Source: Macrostomum hystrix (Eukaryota > Animalia > Platyhelminthes). From it: a DNA stretch of 64,000 bases. Positions 38,464-47,740 of this stretch are shown here, piece after piece. A program made the position numbers and the translations under genes. The stretch is from contig CATNEN010000039.1 in NCBI GenBank assembly GCA_950097015.1, forward strand, positions 9,114,001-9,178,000, given 5' to 3'. The notes under the pieces were generated by a model. It was given only the letters and a program-made list of their open reading frames with translations. It was not told the DNA's origin and made no database searches. Within the stretch, counting starts at the first letter, position 1. Every line of letters begins with the position of its first letter.

Positions 38464-40298
38464 ATGGAGCGTCTGTTTAAAATTCTAATCATTGGCGATG
38501 GTACAGTTGGCAAGACGTCGTTTGTGCAGCGCTACGTAAATGACGTCTTCCGTCAGGACTACAAAAGCACTATTGGCGTCGATTTTGCACTGAAAGTCGT
38601 TAAATGGTCCGACACTGAGACTATTAAGCTGCAGATGTGGGACATTGCCGGACAGGAAAGGTACAGTGTACAGTGGTATCTACGTGTATTCTAGGGCTTA
38701 CTTAACCATCCAGTACTTTTTTGTTTTTATTGAATAATTACAATCTTCTTTCATTCACTCAATCCGCTAACAAACGACCCGCCTTACCAGGTTTACCTCA
38801 ATGACGCGCGTCTATTATAAAGATGCAAACGCGGCTATCGTTATGTTTGATCTCACAGCGAAGAACACTTTTCATTCGGCTCTGAAATGGAAGCGCGATC
38901 TAGATAGCAAGTGCAGTCTGGCCGACGGCAGCCCTGTGCCGGCGATTCTGCTGGCTAATAAGTGCGACCTGCAGAGGCGCGAAGTTGATCAGGTATATTA
39001 TAGAATTAAACCAGAGTCTGGTATTGTTTAGTATTGTTTAGATTTGTCTAGCTCGGTTCGCCAGATGCATCTCACTTTTCAAGTATTCTTTATAAACTAA
39101 ACGGCAATCAATCCTGTTGTTTTCAGCTTTTTTCATGGGGGTTTTAAGCTAGTCTAGTATACTAAACGGCTGTCAGTCCTGTTGTTTTCAGCTTGTTTTC
39201 ACGGGGTTTTAAGCTAGTCAATTATACTAAAGGGCTCTCAGTCCTGTTGTTTTCTGCTTGTTTTCATGGGGGTTTTAAGCTAGTCTAGTATACTAAACGG
39301 CTGTCAGTCCTGTTGTTTTCAGCTTGTTTTCACGGGGTTTTAAGCTAGTCAATTATACTAAACGGCTCTCAGTCCTTTTGTTTTCTGCTTGTTTTCATGG
39401 GGGTTTTAAGCTAGTCAATTATACTAAAGGGCTGTCAGTCCTGTTGTTTTCAGCTTGTTTTCACGGGATTTTAAGCTAGTCAATTATACTAAACGGCTCT
39501 CAGTCCTGTTGTTTTCTGCTTGTTTTCATGGGGGTTTTAAGCTAGTCTAGTATACTAAACGGCTGTCAGTCCTGTTGTTTTCAGCTTGTTTTCACGGGGT
39601 TTTAAGCTAGTCAATTATACTAAACGGCTCTCAGTCCTTTTTTTTCTGCTTGTTTTCATGGGGGTTTTAAGCTAGTCAATTATACTAAAGGGCTGTCAGT
39701 CCTGTTGTTTTCAGTTTGTTTTCACGGGGTTTTAAGCTAGTCAATTATACTAAACGACTGTCAGTCCTGTTGTTTTCAGCTTGTTTTCACGGGGTTTTAA
39801 GCTAGTCAATTATACTAAAGGGCTCTCAGTCCTGTTGTTTTCTGCTTGTTTTCATGGGGGTTTTAAGCTAGTCTAGTATACTAAACGGCTGTCAGTCCTG
39901 TTGTTTTCAGCAATTTTTTTTCATAAGAGTTTTTTTTCTAATATACTTACACGTAGATTCGGTTAAAAAGTTTTGTATTGGTAGAATAAGCATATAGATA
40001 GTTTTTTCTAGTCGAGTATACTAAAACATACGTATTTTGAATTTCTTAACTACAGGCCGAGGTTGAAGCCTTCTGTCGGGAGCACGAGTTCATTGGGTGG
40101 ACGGAAACCAGCGCCAAGGAGGGCATCATGGTTGACGAAGCCATGCGTTTCTTAATCGAAGCTGTTCTAGCGCGAACATCCCGCCTTGGCGACAGCGGCG
40201 AAGGCGCCGGCGCCGGCGACGGTGGCGGAACTATCAAGCTAGAAAGATCATATCGACAGGATGGCGATGGAAACGGCAGATCCCGCTGCTCATGCTAA
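38464..40298 (+). CDS. RAB29: Rab29/Rab7L1-type small GTPase (Rab32/38/29 subfamily), 3 exons
   Basis: Exons 38464-38660, 38791-38992, 40056-40298. GDGTVGKTS, WDIAGQE (subfamily signature), WSD, RFTSMTR and GWTETS (Rab29-like), NKCDL, C-terminal CSC prenylation motif. Confidence 0.85.
39095..39912. repeat. 65/66-bp intronic minisatellite with alternating dimer structure, ~12 copies
   Basis: AAGCTAGTCAATTATACTAAACGGCTGTCAGTCCTGTTGTTTTCAGCTTGTTTTCACGGGGTTTT variants in RAB29 intron 2. Confidence 0.95.
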
Positions 40299-41448
40299 TC
40301 GATGACGACACAATGAGCACTCATTAACATTAGATGTAAGCAACTAGTTAAAATCTTGTCGCATTCTATCTATTCTGAATTACAGGACATTGCTATGCAT
40401 CAGGAGGGTGAAGTCTAAATGCAACAAAAGTACATTTGCTTTTCTCCGCGCAGATTTGCCTGGTCCTTTGTTTTACGGTTCTTGTCTATTGGAGGGACCG
40501 TATTTTATCATAAATTACTCGTCGTTAACCAATTACACCAGACCTTAAGCTACTGTGAACCATTTCCGACTCTCAGTCTTCTACTTTGTTTAGTAAAGTG
40601 AGTTTTTTATATGTATGCATATTTCTGATGTAATTCTTTAACAGCATCATGATGAGACTTGTATTTGATTCAAATATGATAGTTTTCATCGCAATTTGCA
40701 TGACATATTTCTGTACAATTGTTTAATTAGTATGCAGGACTAGCTCTCAAAACCCCATTTGATTCAATTGAAGCTTTTAAATTTTCCTTCTACAGGCTCA
40801 AATTTACTATTTCCATTTGCTAAATCTAGTAACTAATTAGCTGTTAATTCACCAGTTTTTTTTACTAAGATTATGATGCTCTAAATTTTATTCACTCATA
40901 CTATACCTTTTTCGGCCAATGCATAATAATAATGAAATTTTAAGCCTGTTTAAATTGCGCGTTGTTCAAAACTTTTCTGGTGCTCATTTTCCTTCTTAAA
41001 GAAAGCCTGCCATTCGCTTTCTACACAATGTCTTCCAAAAAAAGTTTTTTGTTTATGGCCTTTCATTGATTTTTTGTACTCAGTTTTACACTAATTTTTC
41101 TAAAGTCCGTCTATGACTCGTATTGACTTTTTCACACGCGTACTTTATTGATTATACTCGTAAATATATTTTTTGTCGAAGAAATGCATGAGATTCGGGT
41201 AAACTGTTGCATCTAGAAGCAGCATTTTACCTTATAATTGAATTCCGAATTGAAAAATAATAATATTTTGACTCGATGCGTCGTCATTGTTGACTTGTTG
41301 GTGTCACCCTGAAAAGTCCTTCGGACTTGTTATGTTATTCTCCTGGTTTGGTGTGTTCTGCTCTGCGGGTGGCCCGAAGGTATCGCATGAGCTGACAAAA
41401 GTTCTCGTGTTTGCACGCATCGTTATTTGAAGTGTGTGGTCCGAGAAA

Positions 41449-41580
41449 GGTGAGTCTGGTCTAACGTAAAGGCGTTAAGGCTCCACTGGAACAATTTGTG
41501 TCCTTTAGCAAGGCACTTAGCTCTACATTGCTTCAGTTCACTCAGCTGTTAAATCATGGGTACGAGCATCAAGTGGGGTA
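41449..41580 (+). mobile_element. SINE fragment, family 2 (central domain)
   Basis: GGAACAATTTGTGTCCTTTAGCAAGGCACTT...CAGCTG..AAAT..GGGTAC; the first part is shared with 61391-61420. Confidence 0.5.
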
Positions 41581-41771
41581 AAAAATATCATTTTTGGAGA
41601 TCATCAGCGTTTTGAAGTCCATTTTTTTAAACTGAATGTTCTCAAAGACTAGCATTTCGATGATTCAGATTCTGATTCAGAATAAAAGTACAATGTGTAC
41701 TGCTTTGGTCGTAAGTTAGCTTATAAATATACTATTCTGCGATCGTAATTTGATAATCCCGGTTGAAAAAC

Positions 41772-42460
41772 TGAGCGGGCCTCAGCGGGCTTTTGAGCGG
41801 GCCATTAGCGGGCCGAAGCGAATCGGCCCGTATTACAGGCCTTTTACAACAAATTGGCCCGCTGAAACCCGGCCCGCTCAGAAGCCCGCTGATTAGCCCG
41901 CTAATGGCCCGCTCGAAACCGACCCGCAGATCGGCCCGCTGATTAGCCCACTAGTTGGCCCGCTCACTGGCCCGTTCTAAACCGGCCCGCTGCTCGGCCC
42001 ACTAGTTGGCCCGCTGGTTGGCCCGCTGGGTGGCCCGTTCTAAACCGGCCCGCTGCTCGGCCCACTAGTTGGCCCGCTGGTTGGCCCGCTGGGTGGCCCG
42101 TTCTAAACCGGCCCGCTGCTCGGCCCACTAGTTGGCCCGCTGGTTGGCCCGCTGGGTGGCCCGTTCTAAACCGGCCCGCTGCTCGGCCCACTAGTTGGCC
42201 CGCTGGTTGGCCCACTCACTGGCCCGTTCTAAACCGGCCCGCTGCTCGGCCCACTAGTTGGCCCGCTGGTTGGCCCGTTCTAAACCGGCCCGCTGCACGG
42301 CCCACTGGTTGGCCCGCTGGGTGGCCCGTTCTAAGCCGGCCCGCTGCTCGGCCCACTAGCTGGCCCGCTGGTTGGCCCACTCACTGGCCCGTTCTAAACC
42401 GGCCCGCTGCTCGGCCTACTAGTTGGCCCGCTGGTTGGCCCGTTCTAAACCGGCCCGCTG
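41772..42460. repeat. Left subterminal array (12-bp GGCCCGCTGGTT / AAACCGGCCCG units, 63-bp higher order)
   Basis: Directly visible. Confidence 0.95.
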
Positions 42461-42881
42461 ACTTGTCGTGAACTTGATAATCTTATCAAATGGTGTATGA
42501 ACTTGTACATGAAACTTTTGCAGTGTCTTGCGCAATTATTCGATTTGTAGAGCACTAATGCTGTCCAATAAACTGTGCAGACACAAATGTAAGAAGAAGT
42601 TTTTTGTGCCATTTACAATGAGTGTGTCAAATTTTTTATTTTTATCGCCTTATACGCCCACAGCAATTTGTATATCGCGCTACGTTGACTTATGTACTTC
42701 AGATATCACCCAGTTTAGTGTGAAACCATTGCTTCGCCCTTTGCTGGCACTTGGCCTAAGATAGCAAACTGATGGGTCACTCGTTGTAGAATGTGTAGGT
42801 AGAATGATGGTATTTGTTAATTATCAATTTTAGTATGGATTCTCTCCTAGTCACACAGGTATTCAATTTCTTCATTTTCAG

Positions 42882-44363
42882 TCACTTGAACGACTAAAAG
42901 AGCTCGACAAGAAGTCAGCTGCCATCGCACGGCGCTTCAGTCGACTCAAAGAATCAGTGACACTCAGATTTAGACAGACGGTTGCGGCGACAGCCCGTCC
43001 GACACGAGCAGAAGCTTCAGCGAGCCACTTACCAACTGCAACTCGGACCACTCATGACGTACCAACCACTATAGAGCTGCCTAGCTCTATAGTGGCGCAA
43101 CCAAGCAACAGTGTACCATTGGCAACCGGGGGATGTAGCAGTGGCGTCCAGACTCCCATGGTCGTCGAGCCTACTGGCTCGCAGTATTCAGACAGCGACG
43201 ATGAGGACAAATCTTCTAGATCTATCGTTGAGGAACCAGGCGAAGAAGCTCCAGATGACGACTATTGGAGTGGCGCTCCAATGGCGTTGGACGCCATCGA
43301 GCAGTGCGACGATTGTGAGGACTTCACTGAAGATGACCGCCCGCCAGAGGATGAGGATGTACCGTGTGTTGGCAATGGAGCCACCCATAGGCGCGTGCAA
43401 CCCGTTATAAATCACCCTGATGCCGGATGCCCGCGCTGCCGGAACCTCGACATCGAATGTCGTGACCTACGTGAGGCTAATCGAGAAGAGGCGGACAAGC
43501 GGGGGGTTGCTGAAACTGATGCAGCCAACCTGAAGAATGAAGTTTGGGCCCTTCGGTCTGAGAATGAGCAGCTGAAGCAGGAACTGGCACAGAAAGCTGA
43601 CCTGCTGGAAAAGTATGACACCCGACTTGCAGGTTCCATGCATGCCAATTCTAAGATTCTTACGACGTTACAGTTCGTCACGGCACAGGCTCAGTCGGCC
43701 AACGAGGTGGCCCGTAGAGCTTCCGAATCATTCAACCACCTCGAAAGTCTGGTGCGCTCCATAAGCGACTTTGACACGTTGGTTGCTGGTTCGAGTACTG
43801 CACCCGGAGAGTCGTCATCAGCTGCTGCCGATGCCGAGCCAAGTGGCTCGACGTCATCGCGGCTTGATAGTGGATTTGTGAGCCATGCCATTGCGACGGC
43901 TATCGCTAATATATCGACCTCTATGATGGACAACCAGTCGTCGAAACGTGTGCCGCTTATACCTGCATTTCCCGGTGTCACGGTTTGTCCGTTGGCCCTG
44001 ACAAAATTGGACGCCGCAGCAGTTGAAATGCGAAAAGCCCCGAACAATAAAAAGATTCGCAGACGAGCCATTCGGCTAGTCATACTTGCTGCGTGCCCTG
44101 AGCAAGACCTGCGAACCGCATCTTGGGCTGGTCGACAGGTGAAAGGAGAGAAAGCGGCCAACCGGGTTGAGCTGGATAGCTCTAAGAAGGCGGCCATACG
44201 GTCCTACCTGGCCAGCAAACTTGTCACAGAGGAGGACAAGAAACTATTATCAGACGCCGAACTCGGCGAGGTATTCCGCCGTACAGCCAGGACCGTACGG
44301 GGTCGGGAGGGTTCCAGTGTGAAAAGTGGCGCCTGCGCGGAAAATGAAGAGGAAAGCGAGTAG
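42882..44363 (+). CDS. Element-borne coiled-coil protein with C-terminal BEN-domain-like region (5' end uncertain)
   Basis: Open frame from ~42834/42882 (acceptor-like TTTTCAG at 42881) to TAG 44363. Acidic disordered N-terminus, CPRC followed by coiled coil, then RRAIRLVILAACPEQDLRTASWAG...ELDSSKKAAIRSYL...ELGEVFRRTAR, which fits the BEN pattern. Confidence 0.7.
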   Translation, partial: SLERLKELDKKSAAIARRFSRLKESVTLRFRQTVAATARPTRAEASASHLPTATRTTHDVPTTIELPSSIVAQPSNSVPLATGGCSSGVQTPMVVEPTGSQYSDSDDEDKSSRSIVEEPGEEAPDDDYWSGAPMALDAIEQCDDCEDFTEDDRPPEDEDVPCVGNGATHRRVQPVINHPDAGCPRCRNLDIECRDLREANREEADKRGVAETDAANLKNEVWALRSENEQLKQELAQKADLLEKYDTRLAGSMHANSKILTTLQFVTAQAQSANEVARRASESFNHLESLVRSISDFDTLVAGSSTAPGESSSAAADAEPSGSTSSRLDSGFVSHAIATAIANISTSMMDNQSSKRVPLIPAFPGVTVCPLALTKLDAAAVEMRKAPNNKKIRRRAIRLVILAACPEQDLRTASWAGRQVKGEKAANRVELDSSKKAAIRSYLASKLVTEEDKKLLSDAELGEVFRRTARTVRGREGSSVKSGACAENEEESE

Positions 44364-44650
44364 TTTTTTATAGAGACTAGGCCTCGATTGTGGTGACAAT
44401 TTTTCACCTTGACAAAGACACTGAGTCTACTGTATGAAGTGCATTTTATGTGCCTACTATGATTTCCTATTTGTGGCACCATGAAAAATACTAGTATTCT
44501 ATTTTAAGATTAACATCTCTCTGTTTTTACCAGATCCAATGAATTATATTCTAGGTTTTAATAAAAAAATAATCCTACGGCTCATCGTTCTGACTTGGAA
44601 ATCTGATGCTTATTTTGATTCTATTTCTTTACTTATTGCATTTTGTTCGT

Positions 44651-45898
44651 TGAGCGGGCCAACTAGCGGGCCGGTTTAGAACGGGCCAATCAGCGGGCCA
44701 ACCAACGGGCCGGTTTAGAACGGGCCAATCAGCGGGCCAACCAGCGGGCCAACCAACGGGCCAACCAGCGGGCCGGTTTAGAACGGGCCAATGAGCGGGC
44801 CAACCAACGGGCCGGTTTAGAACGGGCCAATCAGCGGGCCAACCAGCGGGCCAACCAACGGGCCAACCAGCGGGCCGGTTTAGAACGGGCCAATGAGCGG
44901 GCCAACCAACGGGCCGGTTTAGAACGGGCCAACCAGCGGGCCAACCAGCGGGCCAACTAGTGGGCCGAGCAGCGGGCCGGTTTAGAACGGGCCAATGAGC
45001 GGCCCGATGAGCGGGCCAACCAGCGGGCCAGCCGGCAGGCCGGTTTAGAACGGGCCAATGAGTGGGCCAGTGAGCGGGCCAACCAGCGGGCCAGCCAGCG
45101 GGCCAACCAACGGGTCAGCCAGCGGGCCGGTTTCGAACGGGCCAGTGAGCGGGCCAACCAACGGGCCGGTTTAGAACGGGCCAACCAGCGGGCCAACCAA
45201 CGGGCCAACCAGCGGGCCGGTTTAGAACGGGCCAATGAGCGGGCCAACCAACGGGCCGGTTTAGAACGGGCCAACCAGCGGGCCAACCAGCGGGCCAACT
45301 AGTGGGCCGAGCAGCGGGCCGGTTTAGAACGGGCCAATGAGTGGGCCAGTGAGCGGGCCAACCAGCGGGCCAGCCAGCGGGCCAACCAACGGGTCAGCCA
45401 GCGGGCCGGTTTCGAACGGGCCAGTGAGCGGGCCAACCAACGGGCCGGTTTAGAACGGGCCAACCAGCGGGCCAACCAACGGGCCAACCAGCGGGCCGGT
45501 TTAGAACGGGCCAATGAGCGGGCCAACCAACGGGCCGGTTTAGAACGGGCCAACCAGCGGGCCAACCAGCGGGCCAACTAGTGGGCCGAGCAGCGGGCCG
45601 ATTTAGAACGGGCCAATGAGCGGCCCGATGAGCGGGCCAACCAGCGGGCCAGCCAGCAGGCCGGTTTAGAACGGGTCAATGAGTGGGCCAGTGAGCGGGC
45701 CAACCAACGGGCCAACCAACGGGCCAAACAACGGGCCAGCCAGCGGGCCGGTTTAGAACGGGCCAGTGAGCGGGCCAGCCAGCGGGCCCAGAAGCGGGCC
45801 GTGGAACGGGCCGATTTGAGAGACTCGTCGATTTGGAAAAATGAGCGGGCTTTTAGAGCGGGCTTTTCTGACACGAAGTGGCCGATGAGCGGGCCAAT
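44651..45898. repeat. Right subterminal array (AGCGGGCCAACC units; ~280-340-bp higher-order duplications), inverted relative to the left array
   Basis: Directly visible; the ARWL ORFs are repeat translations. Confidence 0.95.
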
Positions 45899-46439
45899 TT
45901 CAATGGGCTTTTCCAGTATTTTTTTCAACCGGGAATGTAGTGTTGATCAAAACAAGCAATACGCGATACATGCAATTTAATTTTATATTAACTATTTGTA
46001 GGCTAAAATACATCATGGTCGTTCCTAACCCCATGAATACAGAATAACATTCTCTATCATAACACTATTCAAGGCTTTAGAAAACTCTAACATACTTGAT
46101 GAGGCATACAAATCCCTAGATAAGAATGTAATGTGGGCAGAATTAGGTCAGGCCAGAGATCTCACAAAAGCAAGTCTCCCACTGCAGTTAACAATGGAGA
46201 TGACTTCTCAAGCAAAAAAATCACTCAGAGTTCTCTATAAGACTTCGGCTTGCTTAGAGAATTTTGATTAGAGTTCGCACAACTGAGAAACCGAGCAGAC
46301 ACGTGGCAGCATCAACGTGTGGCCGCTTATTGTTAAGCAAGACCAACACAATTCTCTATAAAAAGACTGTGCTAAGTCCAGCAGAAGGTAAAACAGCAAC
46401 AAGTGACGCTTGTTTTCTAAGTGACTGCAGCAAGACAAC

Positions 46440-46657
46440 ATGGCCAAGCAAGCGATCCGACTGAGCCTGCTTCTGGCGCTGGCGATGACATTACTGGCCA
46501 TCCATTCAGCAGCTAGCAATGAGGCCACACAAGACGAGACTGACGAGTCGCTGCTGGATGACATCGCGGGCTGGAGTCATTGAATGAAGCTTACGATGGA
46601 GAGTCGGACATTGTGGCCAAGAGCTCCAGGCGTCGCTTCGGGTCCAGCAAGATGTGA
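46440..46657 (+). CDS. Small secreted prepropeptide (47 aa as assembled, stop at 46583; ~72 aa if a 1-nt deletion at ~46570 is corrected)
   Basis: MAKQAIRLSLLLALAMTLLAIHSAAS signal-peptide-like start with acidic spacer. TATAAAA at 46357, GT-AG 46388-46430 just before the ATG, AATAAA at 46716. Confidence 0.55.
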
Positions 46658-47740
46658 ACGCTAAACGAGTAGCTTTTTGTCAAATTGAGATTTTGCGATG
46701 ACAACAACAGAACGAAATAAAACGTTTTAACAAACAGGTACACCGGCAAAGATTTTCAATAAATACATATTGATAGACCTTTTTAATATTAATTAAATAT
46801 TATTCTTGGTCCATTAATTGATAGACTTGCAAAATATATTGCATTAAAAGTAACTTAACTGATCTGCACACCACTTGCGTTTAAACGTTAGACCCACAGC
46901 CAGCGAGGAGGCAATTTACGTCCTTTCCGCTGACTCCTGACCCCATAGAATATTATTTTTAAACTAATTTAATTTTGCGGAAAGCTATGTGTCTGGACTT
47001 GTCTATGGTAAAAATAGATGTACGGTTATAAATGTTATAAATGGTCATATCTGGCAGGCTCCAATGTAGATTCCTGTTCGATTAGAAAATATATTATGTA
47101 AAATATCTGAATAGAAACATTTAGCAGTCCAACACATACCATTTATTAACATTGTATCGGATTCAGCAATCGGTGAGAAGAATTAGATGTACTTGACAGT
47201 GTAATATAATCGCTAATCCACTAATGGAACAGTGGCAGCAAAGCAGAATGCTAAACAAGCTATCTATAAGAAGCAAAAACAGCAAACATGACCATAATTT
47301 ATCGCACAATGACTCGAGAAAGCTTCAGTTAAGAGGAAAAAATAAGCCAGACATGTGTTAAAGCGCAGGAAATAGTATTTACACTAGAATAAATTCAGTT
47401 GTCAAATAATTTTGTATGAAAAAAAGTACATTACGAGTATATATACATATTTGCACAGAGCTTTGACACTGGGTTTGAGCCATGTTTGGCACTCTTTGCA
47501 CTCGAAGTTGCTTTGAAGTCAAAATTAAGCTTGCTCGAAGTTGAGCATAGCGCTGAGATGCTCAGAACTGGAATCTTGTCAGTGTGACTGAGGTGTTATG
47601 CAGTTCAGCAAAGGTGTTCATAATTGCTTAGATTTAGAGCAGTTTTATTATTGGGTCTAGAAATAATAAAATTTATTAATTAAACTCAAATAAAAAGCTG
47701 CCTGTGCAAAATATCGGAAGCCAAGTCAGCTAGTGTTCTG

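Larger units (their letters stand above)
41758..45933. mobile_element. CMC/EnSpm(CACTA)-like DNA transposon, transposase-less, with large inverted subterminal arrays
   Basis: AAT|CCCGGTTGAAAAA ... TTTTTCAACCGGG|AAT (13-bp TIR, 3-bp TSD). GGCCCGCT-based arrays at ~41772-42460 and, inverted, ~44651-45898. One internal ORF. Confidence 0.85.

Noticed and set aside
42859-42881. 23-nt micro-intron joining ATG 42835 to the BEN ORF
   Set aside because: In frame with GT-AG ends, but implausibly short. The frame is also open from an alternative acceptor at 42833, so it cannot be resolved without transcripts.
44957-45928. Three tandem ARWL-repeat protein genes
   Set aside because: Translations of the transposon subterminal array.
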